A DNA stretch of 62,000 bases from Octopus vulgaris. Its lineage: Eukaryota. This document shows positions 12,821 through 27,869 of this stretch, piece after piece. The notes under the pieces were generated by a model that worked only from the letters and a program-made list of their open reading frames with translations, did not search any database and had not been told where the DNA came from. The stretch lies in NCBI GenBank assembly GCA_951406725.2, contig OX597825.1, forward strand, positions 15,024,001 to 15,086,000, in the 5' to 3' direction. Position numbers and translations under genes: made by a program. How positions within the stretch are numbered: position 1 is the first letter of the stretch; each line of letters opens with the position of its first letter.

Positions 12821-14168
12821 GTGTGTGTGTATAGATATATGTATGTGTATGCATATGTATATATATATGTTTATATGTATATATGTACGTATGTATGCAT
12901 ATACTATTGCCGCTAGGTTTATATTTTCCGTCTGCCACACAGACGGAAATGTTATTAAATTAAGAATTTATTTCACATACAACATTCAGTACATTCTCCT
13001 TTAACTCAATTATGCAAATTAATGCTACTGGTTTATTTGAGTTATCTCACTATTATCTCTTGCTCTCTGTCTCTCCTTCTTTATCTTTCTGTCTCTCACA
13101 CGAAATGTCTCTCTTTGTCTGTCTGTCGGTCACTGTCTCTTCTGTCATTTTCCGTATGTTTTCGTCTTTTGAACAATGGATGTAAATTTCTTGTGAACTG
13201 TGTTATTCCTTGGTTGTTTTTTTTTTTCTCGGGAAGAGTGGATAGCAAGTAAAACGAAACCTAACTGCTGTTCTTACAATACTCAAGGCTATATTTAATT
13301 CCATTGCTTTCTTATACTGCGATTTAAGTATTTATATATAGTTTGAGCAAACAACTTTAGAATAAATTGAACATCATTGCTGAATTGCCATTTTTATGCA
13401 CACGACGTTATCCCTTTTGACAACCTGTTGTATCTCAATGTTTATTGATCTCGGAGCTAACTATATGATTAATTAAATTAGATAACCGTTGGAAAATGCA
13501 TTTTCGTCGTTTGATTGATATTCATTTATAGCATAGAATATATCAATAGATGTGAAGGAAAGGAAGTATATGGTATTACCATAGCCATTTTACTTGGTTC
13601 TATTACATCATCTTACGTGAATTCAGATAATAAAATCCATCTGAAAAGCGAGTTTAGGAAAATACATTTTTCATGAGTCCCGTCTTGCATTAATAATTTC
13701 CATTAAGTTTCCCCAGTTGTCTTAAGCTTGTATTTCTTCTATCACTAGTTTATATATATATTTGAATGACAAGAATGCATCAAAATACTCCACGCTGCTT
13801 GTTAATAGTATTGATATGCTCGTACATTTCTGACAGCAATTATATAGTTACATACTAAATTAAATGAAAATATGGATATGAAGGTTTTGTAGCTGCCAAA
13901 GTAAATAACGCGCTTAAAAACGGTATGGCATAGATTGATATATCATGCCCATATGAGGGCTTCCATTCCAACAAACTTATTCCTTTATGACATCAATAAA
14001 CGAAATAAAATTTTGTGGAAATGTGCTAATAGACATCTTGGTCTCATTGGCATTGGCAATAAGGTTAAGGAAATGTGCAACATCATGCGTTATCTTGTGA
14101 TAATATAAATACATACATCTTACTATCAGTTGAGTAACTTCGTGAGAATCGGAACATCGCTATGTCAG

Positions 14169-14245
<77 letters not shown>

Positions 14246-15804
14246 CTGGCTGTTGGGAAAACACACGATCTTCTATATATTCTGGTTAACTAATGCAATA
14301 TTATGCTTGATAATAAAAGTAACAAGCTAAAACCAATCACGTATTGGCAAAATATTGCCATGAATTCATTGTTTTAATTTCTACCTATGATGAAACGAGA
14401 GAAGGAAATATTTTTTTGTCGAATAGCACAATGGTATGGTTGTATGTAAGGACAGTTTTAATAACAGATTATGAAGGATTGTATCTTATCAAGTGATAAA
14501 ATACACATATCGGCTTTCAAATCGAGGGTTCTCTTGAGATATGGTGCTCTTCTCTAGGATATAATGTATGAAAGCCACTTGGGATAGCATTGAGATCTAA
14601 AGGAATGATAGTTCCCAAGCGCTCTGATATAAATTCAGGTTTATCTTCAAATGTAGAATGAAGATGTATATTCCATTGTGCAATGAAATATCAGAAACAT
14701 ACTAGGAGGGAAACCTTTTAGGGACACATCGTAGAAATCTCTATCTATAATCAGTGGAAATGTGATGTTAACTCTAACAGACAGTGTGCAGATTAAGTGA
14801 AATTGAAAGGTTCAATTCACAGGTACGAACAAAAAGTGACTTTTGTTTTATCCAGCTAAACCATAATGCTTTTAATATGTTCAGCAATATATAAATTGCA
14901 TTATCTCTTATCAGTGATCCAGCCAAAACACATAAGAAATTTATGCTAAACATTCCCTACGTCCGATACTTATTGCTTGATATCGGAGTCTTATTAAACA
15001 AGCACCTATTGAATATTAAATAACAAAATATGCTGTTTTGAAGATGCTTGATAATTTTCTATGGAGAGCCATGTACACAATAAATATAAATCATATGAAT
15101 GAAAATTATAGGGATTAGATTATTAATCATAATTGCACATGAGAAAATAAATACTAAAAGGTTTAGCATTCATATACATCTTACAAAGTATAAGCAAATA
15201 ATCTATTTTCTAATATCGAAAATTTTATATTCTGTGTTCTTGAATGACGCTTATGGAAATTACATCTTACTAAGCTATAGATCTATGTGAAGGAGTGTAA
15301 ATACATCGCAATAATGAAGTTGTTAGTCAGTAATAAGAAATAGTTTAAGCCACAAACTTGTTGATATTTCGATAGGAAGAAGAGAGCTTGGCATAAAGAT
15401 CCATTGTGCATCATTGAGTGTAGAAAACTCGCGTAAATGAGAAAATGTGCGTGTCAATATTGATGATTAAATAATCAACTGATCAACAGGAAACTAATAA
15501 AATGCTTGAAACCACCTAACATAATCAACCAAGGATGTATAATCTGATAATTAACCATTATTATAGGAAGATGAAGACCTACGTAGAGCTAAACAGGATA
15601 TGATTATAACCTTTAGGGCTGAAACAACTTATTATATTCCAAAAAGGAATTAATACCTTCTATGTTTTATGTGAAAGAAAGTTATAAATATATAGCGTAC
15701 GTTAGGTGTCTCGGCTGTAGATTTTTCCGTTTTCATTAGATATAAATATATCGACAATTAATTTTCGTGCACCTTACTGTCTGCGTTTAATAAGTAACTG
15801 ATAC

Positions 15805-15815
15805 TATCTCTCTAC

Positions 15816-15865
<50 letters not shown>

Positions 15866-15870
15866 CTGTC

Positions 15871-15901
<31 letters not shown>

Positions 15902-16096
15902 CTATCTACCTTTATATCTATCTATTTATCTATCTACCTCCCTATCTATCTATCTATCTATATATTTATCTATCTATATATTTATCTATCTATATATCTA
16001 TCTATCTATCTATCTATATATCTACCTCCCTATCTATTTATCTATCTATATATCTATCTATCTATCTATCTGTCTGTCTATCTATTCATCTATCTG

Positions 16097-16141
<45 letters not shown>

Positions 16142-16150
16142 TTATCTATC
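15805..16150. repeat. (TATC)n microsatellite
   Basis: Long degenerate tatc tract. Confidence 0.95.
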
Positions 16151-16399
16151 TAATAATCCGTCTAGCATTAAACTATTTCACGCATACACTTGCACAGACA
16201 AGCCAAATACAAACTAGTATATAATTAAAATTATATGCTCCAAATAAACTAGTTATTGTGATATTTTTTTATGATGCAAATCAGACATGAACAACCTACA
16301 ATGAGAATTGATGAGAAAAAAATCTAGAATTTATTTCCAGCAACATTATCAATATGGTCTACAATTCTTCAATAATATCACATTTAAAACGCAACGTTC

Positions 16400-16600
16400 T
16401 GGCAGAATCGTTAGCACGCCGGGCAGAATGCTTAGCAGCATTTCGTCCGTCTTTGCATTCTGAGCTCAAATTCCGTCGAGGTCTGCTTTGCCTTTTATCC
16501 GTTCGGGATCGATAAAACAAGTCCGAAGTTCAGCACTTGGGTCGATGTAATCGATTCACCCTCTCCCCGATCTTGCTGGCCTTGCGACAAAATTTGAAAT
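16400..16600 (+). mobile_element. SINE family A, alternative-tail variant
   Basis: Head ctggcagaatcgttagcacgccggg..., central gaggtc..ctttgccttttatccgttcgggatcgataaa, tail ...cttgctggccttgcgacaaaatttgaaa. Confidence 0.8.
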
Positions 16601-18089
16601 CTATGTCACATTAATACAATTATCAAATTCTGGGCGAAGGTAGATCATATTTGATTGTCCACTGGCCTTGCAGATCAGGTACAAAACGAACGCAGATTTA
16701 CGATTAGAATTATAGTATGGATTTTATGTCGGATTAATAGTTAATAGATTGAAAAGTTTCTATTTAAAATGGAGATCTATTTTCCTCAAATACCATAAAT
16801 TACAAATAAATAAGCCTTCGGAGTTTCTATAAAAGATGAGGTCATCAGGTGCATAATTGGTATTCACTTCACGCATACACAAACAGAAAATAGGATCACA
16901 CAAGTATACACACCCTCACGTTAAACGCACATAGCATATAGGCACACAACAGCTTCGCATACGCCGGTGCACATACACATACTCATGTGTAATGGCTTCA
17001 AACTCATATACACCAGATAGCCTCACTTACAGATACACACGTCAATACACACGTATGCTCATACATAAACACAGAGCATATACACACACATACACGAAGG
17101 CACGCGCGCGTTTACACTTGCACATGCCCGCACACACACATTAGCTTCATGCCTGCCCAGGTGTTTCAACCCGCTCCTTCTCTCTCACTCTCTCATACAT
17201 GCATACACACACATAGACGAATTCAACGTTGGCTTCCTTGCCATCCACTCCTCAAGCCAACCACTTCCTATTCCGGTCATTTGAATACGCGGTCGCCATC
17301 CGATAGAAAAGCATATTTCTTTTCTCTCTTGTTTTCTCTCTTCAGCTACCTTTTCTTTTGCCGAAACCTAATACACCCTCGTTTCTGTTTATTATTTTTT
17401 TTACTTCATCTCGTTTTCTTTTTATCTACCTTATAGTTGTCAATACAACCAGTGATAATTAAGAGGAAATATTTTCACAAGACCGTTGTTAGCCATTGAA
17501 TTTATGAAAGGAAAGTTTATATGCTATCTATCATGGTGTGAGAGTCAAGTAGACTCTCTGAGTTTCTTTGTTCTGATGAAAGAATTTACGACATAAATAG
17601 CCAAGCTGTAGATCTTTGTTCAGTAGTTTTATCATTAACCATTCCATTGTCTGTGTACCCTGCACTCTAGAAATTGCTAAGTTTGAAAGAACATTCTGAC
17701 AATTGACACAGTATTAAGGCCTTTCTTGTGTAAATATTAGCATATTTAAACACAGCTCACAAGACATTATACTATAGCGTACGATAAATCCTGAAATAAG
17801 TGAAACAATTTCACTGATTTGTAAATGGTAGGGAACGTATGAATATTAGAGATAGTGGATTTAAGAAAACAATATTGATGGAACTATTGTATTGAGGTCC
17901 TCTTTACGATCTCTTTGCAATCTCTACTAAATACGCAACGCATACATCCTGCGTCATGGTGATCCATCGTAATTTCTCACAATAAACGTAGCGCATACAA
18001 TTGCTGTGTGCTAAATTGTACAACGTTCAACATAATTATTATGGTGATATGGGAGACAGAAAATATCAGGTATATATACACATGCAGCC

Positions 18090-19530
18090 GCAGTTTAAAG
18101 ATGCTTCAGTAACCTACACCCAGAACAGCTTAGGAGGGCAATGTAGGATTTCTCGTTTCTCTGTGAATCGATTTTGCACACAATGGCAACGCCCTTGTTA
18201 TATTTTCATTATTCTGTGTAAGATCCTGTCTTTTTTTACCTGTGATTCTTCAGTTTTTGGGTGAATCACGCTAATAGCCTCTCTTCTCCCTAAGAACAAT
18301 GAGGAGTGGAAAAGGCGTTAACGACGAAGAAAGGTCTGTCATCACCAAGAAAAGTGCTAAAAGTACTTGCCTTCATGTCATTGCGGAAAAATTAGTTCGT
18401 CATGTGGACACGGTTAGAAATTCTTGAAGGATTCTTCGACGAGGAAGAACCGGTCCGATTAATGGACCTAGAAGTCTATGATAGCTAGCCATTTAAGAAT
18501 TATTGGGTGCAATTTATGTGGGAAAACTGGACAAACAAGCGAAGACATTTTCCCCGACTCCAGACTTCCTCATGCACCGAAAACCACCAGAAATCGTATC
18601 TTCGAGACCCTTGACTGACATAACGGTGGGCCAAGCGGTTGGGTCAATTTTGTAGATGGATGTCACCAACGTTTACGATGTCAACTACAGGGTAGAGGAG
18701 GTATGTTGTAGGCTGGTATCATTGGAGACTGACTTGTTGACCCAATCAGGGTGCCCGAAGGAGTTAAAGAGACCGCTGCCGCCTTCTGCAATCTCCTGAA
18801 TGAGGTATTGGTTCCCTGGCCAGATGACATACCGCTGTTACTTCTAAGGAATCTCGTATTCATGCATAACAACGCTACCTCTCACTCATGTAGGACCATC
18901 CAAACTTTACAACAGCTTTAAGACATACAAGGTGGAAGGCTGATGGTGTGGCCGCCAGCTCGCCGGACCTCAACCCAATCGAAAAATTTTGTTCCATAAC
19001 TAAACAAGCTGTATATGCCTACGGACGCCAATTTACGTCGAAAAATGATTTATTGGTGACCATCAAAGCTGCAGCAGAAGCAGGCCAACCTGCTACTATT
19101 ATGAAATTGACAGAGTCCATGACCAACAGGGACTATTTAAGTTATCAGATGAAATGGCGCACATGTGGCTAAATAATTCATTATGTCGATAAATGTTATA
19201 ACATTATTACGTGTTTCTGTTAAATATATACTTATTGTATGCTTAATATGTATCATTGACTTTCATTATCTGAAAATCAATACGTCTAGATATGGGTTAT
19301 TTTCATTCAAAAGCTATTAGCGCGATTCACCCATAAACTGAAGAATCTGAAATAAAAAAGAAAGGACGTTACACAGAATAATGAATGCATAACAACGGCG
19401 TTCACGTAGTGTGCAAGCCAGCTGGGAAAAGTTTTATCAACGTAGATTCTCAGAAAATCGAGGAATCCTAAATTTTGCTCCTAATCTATTAGCGGGATTC
19501 TGGGTGCGTTTGTTGAAGTACTAATGGAAG
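18090..19530 (+). mobile_element. Decayed Tc1-family transposon with long (~200 bp) TIRs
   Basis: Frameshifted transposase with LVFMHNNATSH and MVWPPA/SPDLNPIEK motifs (18700-19150). Inverted repeat gattcttcagtttttgggtgaatcacgctaatagc (18244-18278) matches reverse complement of ~19313-19348 and extends outward on both sides. Outer limits are approximate. Confidence 0.85.
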
Positions 19531-20972
19531 AAATAGCCTTTAAATAAACATATAGCAAGTTTTTTTTATCTTAATTACAGGGAATATCCCCTCCAGGTAT
19601 TTTATCAACTGCCTTATCAAACATCTAAAGACTGCATAGACCAAACTTGAATGATTTCTTATTTCAGAGTTCTTCCTGGTAATCTTCTGCTGTTTTTGGA
19701 TAAGTATTAATTTTGCTTTCTATATGTAGTTAAAATTTTAATTTGCAGCATTTTTTTTAACGATATTTGTACTTTTTCTATGTTGTGATATTTCAGCCCT
19801 GTACTTTCTGATGGACGTGTTGTGAATGTATTTATTTCATTAACAAGTTCATGACTTATAACGTGGCAAATTTTATTTATGAGAAAATTTATGAATTTAT
19901 GATGTCATTTTCTTTTTAGCAAACACTTGCTGAGGGTAGAAGCAATCAATTATGTTTACCTTTTATCCTTCTACCTCGCTAATATACATAAAATGTCTTT
20001 CGTCTCAATCTGCCTCTTTATTTCTGTTCACTCCTTCCATATTTTCCTCTTCCTCCTTCCTCATATTCTGATTTCCTTCTTTCTACAATTCCCTTTTTTT
20101 TTGTCCATCTATCAATCTTGTTTTATCTGGTCTTGCTACATTTCATCAGTTTCCATACTGGTTAATAGAAAACGTCCAGCGTGGCCCCTGAGCCATCGAT
20201 CATGAGCTGATTTTTTTTAATACTTGGCTTAGTGGAATGCACAATATTCTATAATCTTTGTCGACATGTTTAGCGAAAATAACTATCGCTCTTGGGAAGC
20301 GATTCCGCAGAATCCGTGTCTGATCTAAACGAATAGGGTTGTGCAAAACTACAGATATAATCTTTTACTTTTCTTTTTGTCATATGATCGATACAAAACA
20401 CTATTAATCTCTATTTTATATATTGCATTATACTTTTCATTACAAATTAAGCGTAACAGATTACATTAGACGTTTCCATAACCATTATACCTGTGTAATA
20501 AGCGACTAGATTTTCCAGAAGTGCATTATACATTGCATAAAATTGCGTGATTTATGTTAGTGTCTTCTACACACAAAAGCATCGTGCATGCCATAATTTA
20601 TGACAAAGGGAATACACCAAAAAAAACGGTCCTCCACCATCCATTTTATCAGCACATAAGAAGCTATACAACTTTAGATGTATGAAGTCAAAGCCCTACA
20701 TCTACCTGACAACCTTTAGACACGGATCAGTATGTTAAATTACGAGCAAAGGGAACTGCGCAGTGACATTTATAACTGCAATGTTCTGATAATAACGCAG
20801 ATCACAATGTCATAAATTCTAAAAGATCTCAATATAATTCAAAGAGAACCTGGGTAAGATTAAAACGGATCTTCTGAAATCAATATCAAAGACGAGACCA
20901 TTCACATGTCCACTGCAGATTACATTTGACATAAAAAATCTATAGGTATAATACACACACACGCACACACAC

Positions 20973-21300
<328 letters not shown>

Positions 21301-22576
21301 TAAAACAGCCATATTCTTTATATGTACTTATATATTCACAATTTTTCATATAAATTATTGCTGACCATCTATACAAACAGTCCGCTCGCCCATTTACGCA
21401 CACATTTACCTCACCAACTAACGAGAATAATATTCTTATTAGATTGCAATGACATATAACAATAGGAATTTTCAAGTTAACGTTTAATACCAAATTTAAA
21501 GATTCATAATCAAAGCAAACGTTCTTTCAAAATTTTACACATCAAAGATACAGAAGAACCGGAGGAAATACGCACATGCATAGATGCACACTCACACACA
21601 CACACTCACAAACACAAAGGAGTATTTAATAAATCAATATATACACACAATACCTTCTACAATACGATATACAATAGAAGAGCTGCATTGGTTTATATAT
21701 TCGATGGTGATATCAATATTTACAAAGAAATGCAGGAATCTACCGAACCATACTGAAAATCCGAGAAGAAATCAAACGTGGTTGGTTTACATCTTGATAA
21801 TTAAAATTAAAATTTAAAAATAGAAAATCCTACAGTCTAGGATTTTCGGATCATATACATGTATAAAAAGTTCAGATTACTTTTTTTCTTAACATTTGAG
21901 AGCCATTGAATTTTGGCCCTTATGCTAAGGTATCAAAAAGATTTTACCTCTTCATTTTGTTTTCTTTTTGGTTTCAACGTGAATTGTTTTGGATTTGACT
22001 CTTCTGGAATAGCGTACCTATCTTCTTTAAGACAAAATTTTTTTTCAGGGGAAAAAGTATTTTTGTACGACAATCAAGCATATGCTGTCTATTTCTCTTG
22101 AGAGAATAATGGAACATTGATTTATATTTGGAAATATGGTTTCTCTTCATATATCTACCAATCTGTAACAGATTATGTTTTGTGATTTCGTGAACAAAAT
22201 ATCACATTTTAGAAAACCTTTGACTTCAGCTTTCTAGCACAAATCTACTGAACTGCAACATAAACAACACTGAAATGCTCTTCGTTGCATTATTTACATA
22301 TTTCAGTGGATGAAAACTGATAAACATTTCTACCCTTCCAATTATTGAGATTGATCTATTTTCTATGTAGAAGAATATATCAAAATCAAGTTCCCTCTAC
22401 CTTGGTTTGAATAAATTTAAGTTTTAAATTAGTTTTTAAGGATAAACAGAAGATTAGTTATAATAATATCTGTGATGGAAATAAATATTTCGTAAGCCTA
22501 AGGGAAGGATTAAGTCTTGTAAACTTTTAGTAAAGGTTTCCACAGAAAACGACATAATCACACTAATATCTAAATA

Positions 22577-23136
22577 TTAGGTTGTCCGGAAAGTTAGTGC
22601 CGATATCTAAAGGAAAGAAAAAGATCAATAGATACTTGCCATTACATTTTTAATCAACCAAATATGAATCATTTTGTTGTACAATGCGTCGCATCTTTCC
22701 TTTAACTTGAAAATACTCTCTTCCCAGAATTGAGGTGATTTCATGGCAAAGAATTCCTCAATGTATCTTTTTACGTCATCCAAGGAATTGAAATTTTTAC
22801 CATTAAGACTGCAGACACCTGAATAAGTGGGAATCCGAAGGAGCAATATCTGGTGAATATGGAGGATAGGGTAACACATCCCAACCGAGCTGCAGCAATT
22901 TTCTTCTGGTTCCCAAAGCATCAAGTGCCGAAAATGAACTTTCTTATCTTCCATTTTAAAGGGTTACAGAATTAACACAGGTTATAGGAACATAAACCTT
23001 CTTCCAGGAAAAGATAGCTTAAACTGTGCTCTAAACGGAGGTGTAGTCAAATCCTATTTTATGGACTCAACCATGTTCTAAAATAAGTCGAAAGCTAAGC
23101 TACTATAAATCGGCACGAACTTTCCGGACAACCCAA
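22577..23136 (-). mobile_element. Internally deleted mariner element
   Basis: TIRs TTAGGTTGTCCGGAAAGTTAGTGCCGAT and reverse complement TTGGGTTGTCCGGAAAGTTCGTGCCGAT, with TA TSDs. ORF joins a mariner N-terminus (MEDKKVHFRHLMLWE) to a C-terminus (LNGKNFNSLDDVKRYIEEFFAMK). Confidence 0.92.
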
Positions 23137-24744
23137 TATTATATAAACTGATGGGCAACTGAAAAATGATCTGCGATGCTTATATCAACTAAGCATATAT
23201 TCAATATATTCTACTGCGTGATATTCAAACGTGTGTCTAGCACATAACTGTATATACATACATCATCGATCCAGCCATAAACACAGCGGGAAAATGTGTT
23301 CGAGAGAAATTAGCAAATAGCTAAATGAAGAAAAAAAAAAAGAAAAAAATACAAATTTCAGCGAGACGATTTATAAATATATAAAAAGAATAGCATCCAA
23401 AGAATAAAGAACGAGACATAAATTAAAATTACAATGAGTGCTTCTTTGAACATGGATTCCTGTATATTACCGCCATGTACAAAAAAAAAAAATGATGTAT
23501 ACACATGTCGCCATCATCAGCAGGGAATATAGTAAACAGTATGAGAAGGTTCCTGACTTTTATACCAGCTTCCATTATTTTAATTGTTTAATCCACAAGA
23601 ATCACTGAGTCTAGTCGAAAATTTGAAAAGATGCAAATACCTGTTATGTGTAAAAATCGATATATTTGAATAATCAATATATTAGAATATTCAGTTCATT
23701 TGAATATGTGTGAAATCAATATATTTGAATAAAATTAATAATTAGATTCAGAAGAGGAATATCATGATAATATCAGCGATTCTAATAATATATCGAAGAC
23801 AAGAGAACTTTTTTAAATTCTTGCAAAAGATTAGCAAAGCGCTCATTTTAATAGAAACGAAAATCGAATTACTAGTCGATAATATATATTAACTTTAACC
23901 GAATGACATTGGGGTCAGTATTAGAAGTCACATACATAAACGTATATTTAAATGTATGCCATATATCCATGGAAAAAATATTTGAGATATGAACTTCATG
24001 TTCTTTTCTTTGGTAGGTTTCCCCCTGTCCAGTAAAGCTAGATATATGAATATGCTATTGAGTTGATATTCATTTTTATCCTTCATTGAACTTTTGTTAA
24101 ACTTTTACTCTATGTCTATGAAATATATTTTCATATCACAAGTATCATACGTTTTTTTCTCTGTATTTAATTATTAACGTCTGCTTTTGGTGTCAGACAA
24201 TTTTTCCATTGTAGGATTTTCTCCTAACAGAAATAGATTCGTGAAGTTTTACAAATTGTGTGAGCACAGGTGTATATGAAAGCCAGTAACATTTTTATAG
24301 TGTTCATTCTATAAACTAAGGATGAATCAGAGTTAGCTACGTTCGTGTAATTTTATATACTATTTCCTCACTAAAATAATTATGTCCACAGAATAAATAT
24401 ATGAAATCTGTGTTTGTATCAGATAATATACCTTAACACTTTCTGCGATCCTTCTCGTTTAATTTGTTTTTATACATTTAAAAGTATCACTCTTATAGTT
24501 GATTTTTTTTGCATGTCATTGAGTTGAGAGATAAATATTCTTGTTGTCGAGGAATCTTCTCATCAGTAATATACTTTCTATCTTCTGAATTTATTTAGTA
24601 ATGTTTATTTCTGTACGAACACTTTCAAATATAATTTTTCAAATGCAAATATATTTTTTCAAATACTTCAGTTTTTCGAATCATTAGTTATTTTCGTTTA
24701 CGTTTATGCATAAAAGAAAGGAATAATATTTGAAAAAGACTTAC

Positions 24745-24900
24745 CTGCATCAGAAAGATATTTGTTCAATTTGAAACTCAAAGTGCTGGTACAGATACTC
24801 GCAGTGCATTTCGTCTGATTTGGATTTCCACCAATCCATAGCAGTGGAGTATTCTTCTGTTTATAGGCCACGGAAGAACGAAGAATGTATAGTGAGAAAT
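24745..24900 (-). CDS. Candidate exon 2 of a putative secreted-protein gene (acceptor at 24900 or 24856)
   Basis: Strong donor GCAG|GTAAGT. The 156-nt version is open: (D)FSLYILRSSVAYKQKNTPLLWIGGNPNQTKCTASICTSTLSFKLNKYLSDA. The 112-nt version has the better acceptor but in phase 1 ends in a stop 5 nt before the donor. Confidence 0.3.
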
Positions 24901-25620
24901 CTTAGTGTATAAAATTGTATTAAACGGAATCGCATAGGAAAGATACACCTCTGCTCTGAATTATAGGCACGTAATTCTAACGGAAAAATATACACGCATT
25001 ATGTAAGAGCTGACGTCGTTCATTTATCATTTTGACACCATCTTTAATCAACAGGATTATCATAATAGGGCCTACTTACCAATCAGTTTTATTTTTGCTT
25101 TTTGCATGTTTTCTTTTTGATTTTTAATTTTTTTTCGGAAAGAGAGTTGAATGATATTTCATGGAATATAATTGACAGGATTTTAAACAGTATGAATTGT
25201 TTAAAGGGACTGTCTTTTCATTTACAAGCGATTGGCACAATGTTTCTAAGCATTCCACAATCCATAGTCTACTATATAGTGATAGAATACCTATCAAGCG
25301 AGTGGCCCCGTTTTAGATGTAAAACAGGATGTCGTTGAACATAGAAACAACACCGTCCCGGGAAAAGGAGCGCCACGTCATTGCTGTCATTATTTCAATG
25401 CTGGACAATATGAACAGCCTAATGCGGGCACAAAACAGAATGGCATAATATTGCCAGCGCAGCTGTGAAGCACAAAAGCTCATTTTGCAAGCCGCTGACA
25501 TGGGTGTGCTTACAAACACGGGTTCCAGGGCTCAATCCTACTACGCGGCACTTTAAAATACTAGTACTATGAACCCAGATCGACAAATAATTATGACTGA
25601 AAGTCGTAACAGGGACATTG

Positions 25621-25624
<4 letters not shown>

Positions 25625-25672
<48 letters not shown>

Positions 25673-25682
25673 TATAAATATA

Positions 25683-25780
<98 letters not shown>
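25625..25780. repeat. (TA)n+(GATA)n compound microsatellite
   Basis: Direct reading. Confidence 0.95.
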
Positions 25781-25919
25781 GTCATTGTGTCAGTCGTTGC
25801 CCACAAAGTTTGACAACAGGTACCGGTTGGTTTACTTACCCTTTGTTAAAAAGGAAGGATAGATATGTACCAGAGTTTTTTAAAAATATATTTTAGGGTT
25901 AATTGTTCGGACCACATAC

Positions 25920-26058
25920 CTGGAACGGGACTGCAGTTTAATGGCTGAAACAAGGAAAACGTACAGCAGACATTGAAAAGAATATATAGCAAAAAATTAA
26001 AGCTACATGTTCTTTTCGAATTTAAAGGCACTGCAGAAAGTAGTCTTGATGTATTCAT
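25920..26058 (-). CDS. Candidate first coding exon with signal-peptide-like sequence (unverified)
   Basis: ATG at 26058 reads MNTSRLLSAVPLNSKRTCSFNFLLYILFNVCCTFSLFQPLNCSPVP, then CCAG|GTATGT donor. Lies just downstream of CRE and TATA-like motifs. Confidence 0.3.
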
Positions 26059-26110
26059 CTGACAGTTAACTAAATACATAGAGTTATTGGACTGGAAATT
26101 AGAACATCCG

Positions 26111-26181
26111 TTATATATGCTACAGGAGAGCAACAGACCGGGATATTCAAAGAATCGTGCAGTATCTGACGTCATACGTCA
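26111..26181 (-). promoter_or_regulatory. Candidate promoter: tandem CRE motifs plus TATA-like box
   Basis: Perfect TGACGTCA at 26167-26174 adjacent to TGACGTA (26175-26181, minus strand); TATATAA at 26117-26111. Confidence 0.35.
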
Positions 26182-27109
26182 ACCTGATTATCAACTGAAA
26201 ACTGAATTAATATTTGCAGGAGATTTGTTCGCAAGAATATGTTTAATACTTTTTATAGATATATTTTAATCATAACATCATATATGTATTTTATTCAGAG
26301 CACGAGTGTGAGCTATATACACATTTATATATTTTGGGGAATAGCTAGAAAATGCGCTGTGCTGCACTGCACTGGAAGAAAAAAAATACAATAACATTTT
26401 ATATGTTTCTTTAAAAATAATGGTATAATCGAAAATATTTTGGATTACGTTCTCCAAAACATGGAGAAAATGACTATAGAAAAAACTATAGAAAATTCTT
26501 ATAAAAATTCCTGACAAACTCTTGCTTTGCATTTATATTTCGGCATCACATGACAATACAATAACGAAATGCTGCCATCATATAACATTGCTTAATAGAA
26601 GCTTGCCAAATAAAATAACTGTTTTGTTCTCTCAACCTGCCATGTCAATTTTATTATGCATAAATCAGTCTTCTTTTATGGAACATTCGTTTACATAATG
26701 TTCATAAAATGGTAGAACGAAGCTAGCTGGAATTTATTCCATCTATTTTGGAATCATGAATCAATTACGGAAATAAGACTTGCAGAACAGAATTGTTCTC
26801 ACCACTGATTTTTAATATTAGATAACTTGTGACATTTATGTAGTTTACAATACTTGTTCGCGTTACACTATCAGCATGGAAATTAAGATTAGGTTAAATT
26901 GTCAGGAAAGTTAACTGTAAATATGGAAATGTAGTAAGATATATATGTGCGTTTGTGAGAGAGAGAGAGAAAGAATGAAAGTGTTTGATTGCGTGTGTGT
27001 ATAAGACGTTGTACACAAAATATGGACATATATATTTATAATTATGTATGTATGTAAGTGTGCACGTGTTTATACATACACACATGTATCTATCTATCTA
27101 TCCATATAT

Positions 27110-27163
<54 letters not shown>

Positions 27164-27415
27164 GTATATATGTGTGTGTGTATGTACTTAGTTGTTCCGT
27201 TTAGGTAAAATCAACAAACGAAGTTTTCCGACTCTCCAACCAGTAAGAGATAAATTTCATTTAATGTATCCAGTGTAAATATGAGATTTACAAATAGTCT
27301 CTTGCTGTGGAAACACGTGTCTAAGCAGTTTTTTTATAACAAACATTGCGTCGCTAAGCAGAAATTAGGCAGTGTAAATAAAATTATATATACATGTCTA
27401 TAATTATATAGCAGA

Positions 27416-27458
<43 letters not shown>

Positions 27459-27521
27459 TATATAAATCTATATATATACACATATATATATATATATACA
27501 CACAATATATAAATCTATATA

Positions 27522-27614
<93 letters not shown>

Positions 27615-27869
27615 GCTAATTAATGTTTTAAGGCTACCATTGATTTCATGTTAAGATAGAAAATATCTTAATATTTTAAGAAGTTTTGAAGCCGAGTACG
27701 TGGAGGAATGGTGTGAGTCTCTATTTCTCCGTTTTGAATGAATATAGAAAATCGAGATGAACACCCTTCCCCCATGAGATCGGCTTGAAAAATAGTTATG
27801 ATTTAAGAATATATAAAGAAATTTTATCGACCAATGCGATGTTGAGCACTCATTCTCATTGTTCAACAT

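Noticed and set aside
12925-12949. Perfect 10-bp hairpin TTTCCGTCTG-ccaca-CAGACGGAAA
   Set aside because: Isolated; no CTRR terminus for a Helitron end and no second copy seen.
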